From positions 5,049-69,048 of the forward strand of contig JAAWEK010000010.1 in NCBI GenBank assembly GCA_022794265.1: DNA of 64,000 nucleotides, read 5' to 3'. This document shows, in pieces, positions 41,601-50,568 of this stretch. The notes under the pieces were generated by a model. That model ran no database searches, was not told where the DNA came from, and saw only the letters and a program-made list of their open reading frames with translations. Both the position numbers and the translations under genes were made by a program. This stretch comes from Lachnospiraceae bacterium. GTDB taxonomy: Bacteria > Bacillota > Clostridia > Lachnospirales > Lachnospiraceae. How positions within the stretch are numbered: position 1 is the stretch's first letter; every line of letters starts with the position of its first letter.

Positions 41601-42783
41601 AAATATAGCTGAAGGTATTTTAATGGGAATATTGGCTGCTCTTGCAAATATAGGAACATGGATTATTGATAATATATTTAAGCCTATTTGGAATGGAATT
41701 AAATCAGCGTTTGACATTCATTCTCCATCTAAAAAGATGAAAGAAATTGGAGAGAATATTATCCAGGGAATGTTAAACGGAATAAAGTCATGTATAAGTG
41801 CTATTGTAAATTTATTTAAAAATTTATGGAAAGATATTAAAAATGTTTTTAAAGGGATTTATACCTGGTTTAAGGAAACGTTTCAATCTGCAAAAAACGG
41901 AATTGTGGCAGTATTTGGAAACATAGGCGCCTGGTTTGGAAACCGGTGGAAGGATATTAAAAATGCATTTAAAGGAATCTATACCTGGTTTAAAGAAACG
42001 TTTCAATCTGCAAAAAACGGAATTGTAGCAGCGTTTGGAGCAATCGGTTCATGGTTCGGAAACAGATGGAGCGATATAAAAGGAGCATTCGGAGATATAG
42101 CCAGTTGGTTTCGGGGGAAATTTGCAGATGCATGGGACGGAATAAAAGGCGTTTTCTCAAAAGCCGGAAGTTTTTTCAGTGGGATATGGAAAGATATAAA
42201 AGGAGCATTTGGAGACATAGCTGGTTGGTTTGAAGATAAATTTTCCAAAGCGTGGCAAAAAGTTAAAGATGTATTTTGTACTGGTGGAAAAATATTTAGT
42301 GGAATAACGGAGGGCATTGGAAATGTGTTAGGAGGTGTAATCGAAAAAATTCTCGAAGGAATTAACTGGGTTATTAGACAACCGCTGGATTTTTTGAATG
42401 GAATCCTTAATAAAATCCGTAATGTAGAAATAGATTTAAAATTTAAGGTATTTCATCCGTTCAAAAGTTTATGGGGACAAGACCCTATCCCTGTTCCACA
42501 AATACCAAAACTGGCAAGTGGGGCCATTATTCCGCCAAATAGAGAATTTCTTGCAGTTTTAGGAGACCAAAGAAATGGAATGAATATAGAAGCTCCAGCA
42601 GATTTAATAAAGAAGATGGCAAAAGAAGCAATCATAGAGGCAGGTATTAACAATGATAGTAATAATGGGAACATATCTGTTTATCTTACACTGGAGGGTG
42701 ATGCAAAAGGTGTTTTCAAGCTGGTAAAAACGGAATATAGAAAAGAAAAAAAACAGAGACTGGGAACCACAGAATTTGCTTAG
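38644..42783 (+). CDS. Tape measure protein
   Basis: 1379 aa, with coiled-coil repeats, a hydrophobic central region and Gly/Trp-rich repeats. Position is canonical. Confidence 0.9.
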   Translation: MVRLMQGGYDGSVNIDTSIDFNGFDAGVKDLIQALKNLDVTITKLTEQMQGKFENLTANNATDQLNNVSEAATAAADNTTDSTTRIEHAVQDMENSLNHASGQGLSESIGQTTEALGQQESALNTMTEDVREYVADTRNSASELEEINLFPDVTNPSERSQKLYEEAEKYRHKLEELEARGLHSGDSEYDRTYDAMSKCHEESLAIERQQRGYTNAVENTQTTYENLSNTVERLKEKLAALKERGMGEGNDQFDTVYKELKQAQNDLKAYRTGLNAEATSESGMLDNLHNKVKKINAELIRLKSQGFGAGNELFDTKYQELIKAEDELKRYMAQLRETALTNNSQFDNLNNRVERLKAGLAELRRQGMGFGNEEFDATSQELTRAQDELKRYMNTLREEAISNNSQFDNLNNRVEELKARIAELRRQGMGFGNEDYDNAVREYRRAVDEMREYERNLYGHLYDVEPDFKEKICAAFVRVRDVASSTLKKIGSLGKRAFGKLGSLAVHAFGKITRSSKKSNKSLSAMDNSLGKVVKKISRMAKTILFFRLFRQGLTNLRNYLGTALKANEQFTDSLGRIKGNLKTAFMPVYNAIMPALNTLMSALVKLTGYLAQITAQLFGSSIKAMQDQAAAIDQTAESAKKANKQLGKYDSLNVISSDSKEDSKSNNTIYGDIETSSKLTDLIKSLEDAFKNGDYSKIGSIVADKINSALATLDFSKIQSGARKVASGVGELLNGFVGTLNTSLLGQKIAELLNAGLTGANEFLTTFDFTKLGQKISEGINGLADSIDWDLAGETFANKWNAWIHGLSGLLNTLDFSGIASGVASGLNAIIYTIDWNSITSSISNGINGALTAAITLFRNVDFKELAFNIMNALSSVDWNTTIYNALTAVLDFAKVIIDVCIGALEGINFFELLNEISTGIVDFAKEYDWKEAFKSVGELIGQALIAAINVVAFVAAVVQSIGEYFLEYIEAAGGTDGDFWTAGVNIAEGILMGILAALANIGTWIIDNIFKPIWNGIKSAFDIHSPSKKMKEIGENIIQGMLNGIKSCISAIVNLFKNLWKDIKNVFKGIYTWFKETFQSAKNGIVAVFGNIGAWFGNRWKDIKNAFKGIYTWFKETFQSAKNGIVAAFGAIGSWFGNRWSDIKGAFGDIASWFRGKFADAWDGIKGVFSKAGSFFSGIWKDIKGAFGDIAGWFEDKFSKAWQKVKDVFCTGGKIFSGITEGIGNVLGGVIEKILEGINWVIRQPLDFLNGILNKIRNVEIDLKFKVFHPFKSLWGQDPIPVPQIPKLASGAIIPPNREFLAVLGDQRNGMNIEAPADLIKKMAKEAIIEAGINNDSNNGNISVYLTLEGDAKGVFKLVKTEYRKEKKQRLGTTEFA
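39136..40015 (+). repeat. About five tandem 183-bp (61-aa) coiled-coil repeats inside the tape measure gene
   Basis: The NSQFDNLNNRVE.LKA..AELRRQGMGFGNE.. units recur. The DNA at 39673 and 39856 is nearly identical, giving a 183-bp period. Confidence 0.75.
41827..42306 (+). repeat. Four tandem 120-bp (40-aa) repeats inside the tape measure gene
   Basis: Units start with TGG at 41827, 41947, 42067 and 42187. The first two are near-identical (WKDIKN.FKGIYTWFKETFQSAKNGIVA.FG.IG.WFGNR). Confidence 0.9.
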
Positions 42784-42794
42784 GAGGCAGATAA

Positions 42795-43205
42795 ATGGAA
42801 TTTGAAGGATATTTAATCAAGAGTGCAGCAGGGATATTTCCACACGAGCTTATGAAGCTGGAAAGTTATAAATCCACTCCGAACCAAAGAGAGGAGATTG
42901 AAGCTTACCGAGATGACTATACAAGAGACCTGACAAGAATTACAGCTTCAGGGACAAAATCAATGATAGAATTTGCAACAATAGATGATTTAACTTTAAC
43001 ACAGAAAAAAGAAATACAGTCATTTTTTAACAATGTAATGAGCGATGAGCTGCAAAGAAAAGTAAAGCTAACTTTCTGGAACGATGAAGATAACGCATAT
43101 TATACCAAAGACTTTTACATACCGGATATTGAATACAATATCAATCGTATTAAAGGAAATAACATTTATTATAATTCATTAACATACAAATTGGTGGAAT
43201 ATTAG
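42795..43205 (+). CDS. Putative distal tail protein (small)
   Basis: 136-aa ORF directly after the tape measure gene, with AGGAGG upstream. Confidence 0.4.
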   Translation: MEFEGYLIKSAAGIFPHELMKLESYKSTPNQREEIEAYRDDYTRDLTRITASGTKSMIEFATIDDLTLTQKKEIQSFFNNVMSDELQRKVKLTFWNDEDNAYYTKDFYIPDIEYNINRIKGNNIYYNSLTYKLVEY

Positions 43206-43217
43206 GAGGCAGCAGCA

Positions 43218-45563
43218 TTGACGGAAGCAAGAAAGATTGTAATTACTTTTCCAAATGGAGAACACGAAACAATTGAATATGGATTTTACAGCGGCAGCAT
43301 ATACCTTACGGAGCTGCTGTCAGATTCCAACGAGCTTGATTTTATGGGATGTAATGCTAACATGTTCGAAGCAACGATAAGCGGCATATCAGATTTATCA
43401 AATCTTATAATTCAGGTAGATGCAATTATAAATAATTCTACAACCCATCTGTTCCGAGGCAGGGTTGACAGTTGCAAACTTCAAACAGACCGAACATTCC
43501 GGAAATTAACTGCTTATGATGAATTATATTATCATGCGGATACAAATATAGCAGAGTGGTATAAAAAGTTTTTTCAGGAACATAAAGAAGCAACCATTAA
43601 AGAATTCCGAGATTCTCTATTTGAATATATTGAAATAGAACAAAACATATGTTCACTTGTTAATGATTCATTGATTATATCTAAAACGATTGATACAGAT
43701 TCACTGGCATTTATAGATATTCTAAAGATGTTGTGTAGTCTGAATGCCTGTTTTGGAAATATCGGAAGAACAGGGAAGTTTGAATATACATACTTAAACC
43801 AGGATTCTGAATACGATATATCTGAAAATTATAGAAGCAATAGCAGCACTGCTGAAGATTATATTGTAAAGAAAATTGATAAAGTGCAGATAAAAACAGA
43901 TGATGAAGACTTAGGAGCTATCGTAGGAACCGGAACAAATGCGTTTGTAATACAGGGCAATTATCTGACATTTGGTTTAGCTTCCAACGTCCTGTCTGAA
44001 GTTGCAGCAAATATATATATTGCCGTGAAAAATATAGAATATACTCCATGCGATATCGATTCGATTGTTTCGGATTTAAATATTAAAGTGGGCCAGAAAT
44101 TAAAGATAGTAACACATTCAGGAAGAGTAATTCAAACATATTGCATGAAAAATGAATTAAAAGGTGTACAACTGTTTCAGCAAACGATTTCAGCAGCAGG
44201 TGATGAATATCGTTCAGAAGTAGTAAAAGACACTAATTCGGAGATTTTACAATTAAAAGGAAAGACCTTTAAATTAGAGAAAACAGTTGATAATTTCGGC
44301 ATCACCCTGACTGAGAACCTAACTGTAAACAACCTGTTAACCGGAACCAGCGGCACATTAAAAGATTTGGCAGTAGGATTATATAATACGCTGCCTTATG
44401 GGCTAATGATAGAAAATACGGAATTACAGACTGGGGATACAGTTGTTTTCCGGATTTATGTAAGGAATCCGCCGGATGGGATTATTGGACTGGCTGCAAG
44501 AATTAGTCACTATAACAGTAGTGGGAAGGCGGTGGAACATGCAATATCCGACTTGTACATTGAGCCGGGAGACGAGGGATATACACAGGTATCTACAAAG
44601 ATAAGGGCAGATACCGCAAGGCTACAGTGTGGTATTACGAGAAAAGCCAGTGGTACCGCTTTTACTGTTCAGGTAAAAAATGCAAAACTGGAAAAAAATA
44701 CAATCGCAACCGAATGGTGTATGTCTCCGACCGAAATCGACAGCCGGGTAACGGACAATGAAACCTCTATTAATGGTGCCATTGGGGAATTGGTATTAAA
44801 GGTCGATAAAGACGGCAGAATTGTACAGGTACAGTTAGGAGCGGATGCGGAGAAGGGAGCAGAATTTAAGGTAAATGCAGACAATATTAATCTTACTGCT
44901 GCAGATGTTTTAGAACTTCTGGCCGGCGGAACCTTAAATCTTACAGGAAAAAATATTGCCATACAATCGGATAATTTTGTTGTAGATAAAGACGGGAATG
45001 TAACCTGTAAGAGCATTGTAATGGAAAGAGGGAAGGGAGAAGATTATTTAAAAATTGTAATGGACGATAACGAGGGTTTTATAGCGTATGGCGGATTTAT
45101 AAATGGAAAAAGTACAAAGATTGTAGATTTTAGTACAAACAGGGGCATGGGCGGGATTCCGGTGCCATGGTATCATAGTTTAATGGTTGCAAATACAATC
45201 TCAAGTTCCGGCTCAGCTGCAGACGAAACCTATATTGATTTTACGAAATCTGTAATCCGGGCGGATACGTTAGAAGGATACCTGGACGGAACTGCAAAAG
45301 AGGCTAAAAATGCACCGGTAACGGAGCGTGTGTCTGTTTCCAGGTTTGCGAACAGTACCGGATATGCGGACATAACGCTGGGAAATGCGTATAAAGCGAA
45401 TTCCGTACAAGCTACGGCAAGAAAAACGAATGAATCCAGTGCTTATGTAACAGATATGGCAATTCTGGAAATATCTCCGTCTGATGGGAAAGTAAGAATT
45501 TATGGCACCAGTACCGTATCCGGGAATGCAGTGGCATTTAATATATCTTACATTATAGCGTAA
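43218..45563 (+). CDS. Tail tip / receptor-binding structural protein
   Basis: 781-aa ORF between the distal tail gene and the holin. TTG start after AGGAGG. Confidence 0.65.
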   Translation: MTEARKIVITFPNGEHETIEYGFYSGSIYLTELLSDSNELDFMGCNANMFEATISGISDLSNLIIQVDAIINNSTTHLFRGRVDSCKLQTDRTFRKLTAYDELYYHADTNIAEWYKKFFQEHKEATIKEFRDSLFEYIEIEQNICSLVNDSLIISKTIDTDSLAFIDILKMLCSLNACFGNIGRTGKFEYTYLNQDSEYDISENYRSNSSTAEDYIVKKIDKVQIKTDDEDLGAIVGTGTNAFVIQGNYLTFGLASNVLSEVAANIYIAVKNIEYTPCDIDSIVSDLNIKVGQKLKIVTHSGRVIQTYCMKNELKGVQLFQQTISAAGDEYRSEVVKDTNSEILQLKGKTFKLEKTVDNFGITLTENLTVNNLLTGTSGTLKDLAVGLYNTLPYGLMIENTELQTGDTVVFRIYVRNPPDGIIGLAARISHYNSSGKAVEHAISDLYIEPGDEGYTQVSTKIRADTARLQCGITRKASGTAFTVQVKNAKLEKNTIATEWCMSPTEIDSRVTDNETSINGAIGELVLKVDKDGRIVQVQLGADAEKGAEFKVNADNINLTAADVLELLAGGTLNLTGKNIAIQSDNFVVDKDGNVTCKSIVMERGKGEDYLKIVMDDNEGFIAYGGFINGKSTKIVDFSTNRGMGGIPVPWYHSLMVANTISSSGSAADETYIDFTKSVIRADTLEGYLDGTAKEAKNAPVTERVSVSRFANSTGYADITLGNAYKANSVQATARKTNESSAYVTDMAILEISPSDGKVRIYGTSTVSGNAVAFNISYIIA

Positions 45564-45585
45564 AAAGAAAGAGAGGATTTTTAAG

Positions 45586-46035
45586 ATGGAAAAAGGGAAA
45601 GCATTATTTACAGGATTTTTTGCAGCATTAACCAGTTTTTTCGGCGCATTGGCAATACCGGTTTTTCTTCTGGTATCCAGCAACGTAATCGATTACATAA
45701 CTGGGCTTGCGGCAAGCGGGTACAGGAACCAGGAAATTAGCAGTTATAAGGGTTTAAGAGGAATTATAAAAAAGGTATGCATGTGGCTGCTTATTGTTGT
45801 TGGAGTTATTTTAGACCAGCTTATTTTATATGCCTGTGGGCAGATAGGATTATCCATGCCGTTTACCTTTGCGATAGCGTGTGTTGTGGCCGTTTGGTTA
45901 ATAGCAAACGAGTTAATTAGTATCCTGGAAAATATAAAAGATATCGGTGTTCCACTGCCGGCATTTCTGGAGAAGTTGGTACAGAATATAAAGTCTCAGA
46001 TAGAAGAAAAAGCAGAAGAAAGCGAGGAAAAATAA
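45586..46035 (+). CDS. Holin (Phage_holin_4_1 / LL-H type)
   Basis: Three TM segments. VIDYITGL...KG..GIIKKV is typical of the family. It lies immediately upstream of the endolysin. Confidence 0.85.
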   Translation: MEKGKALFTGFFAALTSFFGALAIPVFLLVSSNVIDYITGLAASGYRNQEISSYKGLRGIIKKVCMWLLIVVGVILDQLILYACGQIGLSMPFTFAIACVVAVWLIANELISILENIKDIGVPLPAFLEKLVQNIKSQIEEKAEESEEK

Positions 46036-46036
46036 T

Positions 46037-46975
46037 ATGGCAAAAACAGCAGAAGGATTATTAAAGCATTGCAAAGAAGTGGTAGAAAATAAAGTACAGT
46101 ATGTATACGGCTGCAAGATGGAGATTCTTACGAACAGCATATATACACGATTAAAAAGTATGTATGGTTCCCTGGTATGGGGAACCGACATAAGCAAAGT
46201 AGGGAAGATGTGCTGTGATTGTTCCGGTCTGATTAGCAGCTATACCGATATTGTTCGTAATTCTGCCGGATATAAGAATACAGCGGTAGAAATAGCCACA
46301 ATTGCACAGTTAAAGGCAAACTGGAAGAATTATATTGGCTGGGGAATCTGGTTAAACGGCCATATCGGTGTGGTATCAGACACCGAAGGTTATTACTATG
46401 CCATGGACGGCAGCAGCAGGAACGCAGTACATTATCCGATTGGTAAGCAGAACTGGACGTATGTAATTAAATTAAAAGACATCGTATACCCTTCCAGTTG
46501 CACCGGTGCAACCGTAGATACAGGAAATAAAACGGAAGCAGTGGCAGAATCCGGGGTGGATGTATATTATCGGGTGTATGCAAATTCGCAATGGTACAGA
46601 GAAGTCGTAAATTATAATAATACTTCTGTAGATGGGTATGCCGGAGCTGAAGGAAAGCCGGTGCATTGTATTATGGCCAGACTGAGCCGGGGGAAAATAA
46701 AGAGCCGAGTACATATAAAAGGTGGCAGATGGCTGCCATGGGTAGATGGCTACAACCCTGGCGACCACAATAACGGATATGCCGGAGATGGGGCAAAGGA
46801 AATTGATGGTGTCCAGTTCTGCCTGGAGGGACTGGAAGGATATGATGTATATTACAGGGTATCTACAATGGCCTCTACCGATTATCTTCCATGGGTAAAA
46901 AATATAGAGGATTATGCTGGAATCTTTGGAAAACAGATAGATAAAGTCCAGATAGAAATTAGGAAAGATAATTAG
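46037..46975 (+). CDS. Endolysin: NlpC/P60-type endopeptidase plus three ChW-like wall-binding repeats
   Basis: A CDCSGLI Cys and a GHIGV His. The C-terminal repeats are Y.RV......W...V......GYAG..GK.....Q. Confidence 0.8.
   Translation: MAKTAEGLLKHCKEVVENKVQYVYGCKMEILTNSIYTRLKSMYGSLVWGTDISKVGKMCCDCSGLISSYTDIVRNSAGYKNTAVEIATIAQLKANWKNYIGWGIWLNGHIGVVSDTEGYYYAMDGSSRNAVHYPIGKQNWTYVIKLKDIVYPSSCTGATVDTGNKTEAVAESGVDVYYRVYANSQWYREVVNYNNTSVDGYAGAEGKPVHCIMARLSRGKIKSRVHIKGGRWLPWVDGYNPGDHNNGYAGDGAKEIDGVQFCLEGLEGYDVYYRVSTMASTDYLPWVKNIEDYAGIFGKQIDKVQIEIRKDN
46497..46512. repeat. Palindrome GTTGCACCGGTGCAAC, copy 2 (inside the endolysin linker)
   Basis: Exact copy, translated here as S-C-T-G-A-T. Confidence 0.95.
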
Positions 46976-46992
46976 AAATTAAAACATTAAAA

Positions 46993-47027
46993 AGAGGATG
47001 AACGGTTTGCTCATCCTCTTTATTTTA
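46993..47027 (+). terminator. Rho-independent terminator of the late operon
   Basis: AGAGGATGA-N9-TCATCCTCT followed by TTATTTTAT. Confidence 0.85.
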
Positions 47028-47394
47028 TCTTTAGTTAATTTGATTTACAAAAGGTGATTGGGTAAATAAAAAAATCTTTTGTGGAATGGTTTTAAAAGTC
47101 TTGTAAATCGTTTCAACCATATAATAAAATTAACGATTTGTCAATATAATATTATTGATTTGTTGATAATTTGTGTATTTGTTATATATAAGAATTTTAA
47201 TTGACTTTAAATGATATCGTATTACTGTCAAAAATTGTATCATATGTATCAGGATTATAGATATGAAATTGAAGTTCTATATTTTGATGTTTTGATTTCC
47301 AATAGTTCTATAATCTTTAAATATATCTTTGCAAATCATTTTATCTTTTGTATTTTATGAATATTATCTCATGTGTATTTTAGAATGTTAAATC

Positions 47395-48042
47395 TTATCT
47401 GTTGTATTTGAAAATAATATCTTTTCCCCAGTAGCTAGGAGAAAATCGAATTTCTATTTCTTTCCAATCTTTTTTAACCTCATAACCTATAATCCCTTGA
47501 AGTTTTTTTCCACTTGCAATTGTGGCATCTAGCTGTGATTTTGTTTCATCTGCGGCTAATGCGGAAATGGATTGATTGGTAGCAAATCCATCAAAATAAG
47601 CATCGAAACTCATAAGGGAACTGACAGTAATTTCATCTTCAGAATTATTTTCGATTAAAAACTCGCATAATACATAGACATTTCCGTCATCGGGTTTGAA
47701 AAGATTAGCAGTATCATATTCAAATACATCGATGAATGTGGTTTTAATATTATTTAATTCAACAACTTCACCTTTTTTAAAGAAATCTTTAACCTCGCCA
47801 GTATTGGCATCTTTTGGTTCGTCATCGTTTGAGACTATAACTCCAGCGATAGCAATAATGATAATCAGAATTATAGCAATACCAAAAAAATGATGCTTTT
47901 TTTGCTTCTTGCGGCAAATAGGGCAAACTTTAGCTTTTTTATCAATCTCTGATTTACAATATTTGCATTTTTTTGTTTGACCTATTGGTTCTTTTGTTTT
48001 GCTGATAGTCTCAGCTGTGTTTTCAGTTTCTGTAGTATTCAT
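47395..48042 (-). CDS. Membrane-anchored Zn-ribbon + DUF4352-like protein
   Basis: CKYCKSEIDKKAKVCPICRKK, then the TM helix FFGIAIILIIIIAIAGVIV, then a beta-rich ectodomain of DUF4352 type. Confidence 0.7.
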   Translation of the reverse strand: MNTTETENTAETISKTKEPIGQTKKCKYCKSEIDKKAKVCPICRKKQKKHHFFGIAIILIIIIAIAGVIVSNDDEPKDANTGEVKDFFKKGEVVELNNIKTTFIDVFEYDTANLFKPDDGNVYVLCEFLIENNSEDEITVSSLMSFDAYFDGFATNQSISALAADETKSQLDATIASGKKLQGIIGYEVKKDWKEIEIRFSPSYWGKDIIFKYNR

Positions 48043-48257
48043 AAACTACCTCCCTATGTTTTTTTTATATCAATAGGGAAAGCCCCTATTAATATCATTT
48101 TATTTTATACTCGTAAACCATTTTATCCTTCGTACTTATTAAATCATTGATTTATTTTACTATTAAGGTATACATTTTTCAACAATTATTTACAAATTTA
48201 TACAATTATTTTTCATTATTTGTTCATATATAGCAATTAAGATAATATATCTTGTAT

Positions 48258-48306
48258 AAAAAAAGATATCCAACAAGTTACTTGATAACTTAATGGATAT
48301 CTTTTA
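48258..48306 (-). terminator. Terminator of the hicAB operon (A-tract and T-tract on both sides)
   Basis: AAGATATCC-N23-GGATATCTT flanked by AAAAA and TTTT. Confidence 0.65.
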
Positions 48307-48323
48307 ATAAATTTTAAACTGAA

Positions 48324-48719
48324 TTATTTAGATTGTATTTTAGCAAGTAAAGCTTCCTGAAGGACTTGAGAAAAATTAATATTCATTGCCAAAGCCTCTT
48401 CATTTAGCCATTCTGGAATACTTAGAGTTTTTTTAATTGCTTTTGAACAATTTTTCTTCTTATATGCCAACATATCGAATCCGATTACAACAAGAAAACC
48501 GTTTTCAGTAGGAATATTTTCGGGTTCCGATGGAACAGGCAGTGTTGTTCCGCTTTCTAATCGGGAAATTAGAGCTAGGTCCAAAGCATCTACGGCCATA
48601 TTATATGCTTGCTCCATATCATCACCCTCAGTTAGACATTCAGGTATATCGGGAAAGGAAACCCAAAACCCGCCTTCTTCTGCAGTATGAAAAATTGCAG
48701 GATAAAATATTTTTTTCAT
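48324..48719 (-). CDS. hicB: HicB antitoxin with a C-terminal RHH
   Basis: YPAIFHTAEEGGFWVSFPDIPECLTEGDDMEQA and the RHH tail LSIPEWLNEEALAMNINFSQVLQEAL. Confidence 0.88.
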   Translation of the reverse strand: MKKIFYPAIFHTAEEGGFWVSFPDIPECLTEGDDMEQAYNMAVDALDLALISRLESGTTLPVPSEPENIPTENGFLVVIGFDMLAYKKKNCSKAIKKTLSIPEWLNEEALAMNINFSQVLQEALLAKIQSK

Positions 48720-48749
48720 TTTAACATTGCCTCCTTTTGGGAGGCGGAA

Positions 48750-48938
48750 CTATTTTAGTCCCGCCTGTTTCAAAATTGCTTGTTCCAATCCCTTTTTTAA
48801 GGGTTTGGAATGATAAGGAACTATGGTTTGAGAATTTGTTTTAGAGTTCTTTAATTTTACATGAGAACCACTTTGACTAACAATTTCAAAACCATTTGCT
48901 TTGAGATGTTTAATCATCTCCCTTGGTGTCATAGGCAT
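48750..48938 (-). CDS. hicA: HicA mRNA-interferase toxin
   Basis: REMIKHLKANGFEIVSQSGSHVKLKN. 62 aa, upstream of hicB. Confidence 0.88.
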   Translation of the reverse strand: MPMTPREMIKHLKANGFEIVSQSGSHVKLKNSKTNSQTIVPYHSKPLKKGLEQAILKQAGLK

Positions 48939-49101
48939 TATATGTAACTCCTTTCCTTATCATACAACAATTATAACACGTAATAATACGTAAGTAAAGT
49001 GCAAAATAAGTATTAATACGTATAGATAATATGGGAAAATTTACCTGTATATTGTTTTTTGAGAAAGTAATAAAATATCTCTGAGGAGATAAATTTTACA
49101 T

Positions 49102-49296
49102 ATGATTAAGTTGAGAATCAAGGAATATAGAGAACAAAAGAATCTATCATACAGGCAGCTGGAGATATTGTCAGGTGTAAGTAAAACAATGATTTTTAAT
49201 ATTGAAACTGGGAGAAGAAGCCCCACGATTGATATTTTAGAGAAATTAGCAAAAGGATTAAAAGTGAGTATCCACGACCTTATAGAAGAAATATAA
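49102..49296 (+). CDS. XRE-family HTH protein (64 aa)
   Basis: IKEYREQKNLSYRQLEILSGVSKTMIFNIETGRRSPTIDILEKLAKGL. Confidence 0.8.
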   Translation: MIKLRIKEYREQKNLSYRQLEILSGVSKTMIFNIETGRRSPTIDILEKLAKGLKVSIHDLIEEI

Positions 49297-49420
49297 TATT
49301 TACTTGTCCACTATAGAGGACACTTTTTGAATTGAAATTATAGACAGCAAAAAATTATTTTTATATTATATATACGAATGGTAAAAAGAGGAATAAATAT
49401 CTAAGAAAGAGGAACTGATT

Positions 49421-49531
49421 TTGGAAGAAATAATTAAGCTAAAGAGGGAAATCATTCACAACCTGAGGCATGTGAATGATTTGGAGACACTGAAGATGAT
49501 ATTACAGTTTATTATCGGAAATAAAGGGTGA
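49421..49531 (+). CDS. Possible small ORF (36 aa)
   Basis: TTG start 7 nt after AAAGAGGA. It ends inside the following terminator. Confidence 0.25.
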   Translation: MEEIIKLKREIIHNLRHVNDLETLKMILQFIIGNKG

Positions 49532-49549
49532 GCAACCCTTTATTTTTTT
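49522..49549 (+). terminator. Rho-independent terminator
   Basis: AAAGGG-tgagcaa-CCCTTT followed by ATTTTTTT. Confidence 0.7.
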
Positions 49550-49576
49550 GTTCGTATGACATTCTCATATCTGGTA

Positions 49577-49973
49577 TTAATGCTGTGCCATTTTTAAAAG
49601 GGAATCCTGAAGGACCTTGGAAAAGTTTATATTATTTTTTTCACCAAAGGTATTAAGCCATGCTGGGAGAGATATATTTCTTCTTACAGATTTATTTCCA
49701 TATTTTCAGCATAAGAGGAAATATCTAAGAGTAACAGGTTTATAAAGCTGTTTTCATCATCAAGGACTATATCTTTATAGTTACTTGGTGTAGGAATAGT
49801 ATTACCGTCTTCCAATTCTCCGAGAATCCATCCAGATGCCGCATCTATCCCCATTTCAATAGCATTTTCAAGGTCATTACCTTCTGTAACACATCCAGCT
49901 AAATCGGGAACAACCACTGTAAAACCATTTTTTCTTTGTATGGAGTAAAGATAGCAGGATAAACAAGTTTCAT
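49577..49973 (-). pseudogene. Decayed second hicB paralog (orphan, frame-disrupted)
   Basis: The N-terminus MKLVYPAIFTPYKEK is separated from VVVPDLAGCVTEGNDLENA by a shift in an A6 run. The RHH tail ISLPAWLNTFGEKNNINFSKVLQDSL is in a third frame. Confidence 0.7.
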
Positions 49974-50074
49974 ATAAAAACCTCCTTTATTAAAGATAAA
50001 TATTTTTTTGATGGCAGGGTTCATCACACTATATACACGATATGCAATACAAAAATATGTATAGTCAAAAAAAT

Positions 50075-50100
50075 AAAGGGATGTTTGCCCTTTATTTTTT
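50075..50100. terminator. Bidirectional terminator hairpin
   Basis: AAAGGG-atgtttg-CCCTTT flanked by A-runs and T-runs on both strands. Confidence 0.65.
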
Positions 50101-50458
50101 ATAAATTTTTAAGTTTATCAACAAATTTTTTAACTACATTCCACTCATCTACAGTCATTTCTCCAAGAGCAATAAATACATTTTGTACAAATTCATCATC
50201 TTCTCTTAAAGCCTTGCCTACAAGTTTTGCCACTTTTTCTTTTTTAGACATTTCGGCAAACATTTCACCAACTCCGGTTCTTAACCATATCTCATTGACA
50301 TTAAATTCCTGACATATTAATTTTATATTTTGCTCAGTCAATCCATTTTTGCCAGTTTCAATTCGGCTTATAGCGTTTTTGCCAACTCCAATTTTTTGTC
50401 CAAAAAGCTCGCATGACAAATTAAGAGCCTTTCTTAATTCTTTTACTCTAGAGTTCAT
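50099..50458 (-). CDS. XRE/CI-like prophage repressor
   Basis: ELRKALNLSCELFGQKIGVGKNAISRIETGKNGLTEQNIKLICQEFNVN. It is divergent from a consensus promoter. AGGAGGTGG RBS. Confidence 0.8.
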   Translation of the reverse strand: MNSRVKELRKALNLSCELFGQKIGVGKNAISRIETGKNGLTEQNIKLICQEFNVNEIWLRTGVGEMFAEMSKKEKVAKLVGKALREDDEFVQNVFIALGEMTVDEWNVVKKFVDKLKNL

Positions 50459-50478
50459 CAAGCCACCTCCTAATAATA

Positions 50479-50507
50479 AGAATAACAGACAAATTATTTA
50501 AAGTCAA
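50479..50507 (-). promoter_or_regulatory. Candidate repressor-maintenance promoter
   Basis: On the minus strand: TTGACT-17 nt-TATTCT, then AGGAGG and the ATG. Confidence 0.5.
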
Positions 50508-50539
50508 TCACAAAAGTGAATAAAAGTTACAAATAACCA

Positions 50540-50568
50540 TTGACATGGTGAATAAAATTCACTATAAT
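50540..50568 (+). promoter_or_regulatory. Consensus early (lytic) promoter with an embedded operator
   Basis: TTGACA-17 nt-TATAAT. The spacer holds GTGAATaaaATTCAC. GTGAATA(A/T)AA occurs three times between 50514 and 50580. Confidence 0.8.

Noticed and set aside
39136-42306. Regularly spaced repeats as a possible CRISPR array
   Set aside because: The repeats are in frame within a 1379-aa ORF with periods of 183 and 120 bp. There is no spacer/repeat alternation and there are no cas genes.
47028-47394. 365-bp AT-rich non-coding gap after the lysis cassette as a possible ncRNA or att relic
   Set aside because: Only short inverted repeats are present (AAATCGTT...AACGATTT). I found no convincing promoter/terminator pair and no conserved-looking structure. 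There is not enough evidence to call anything.
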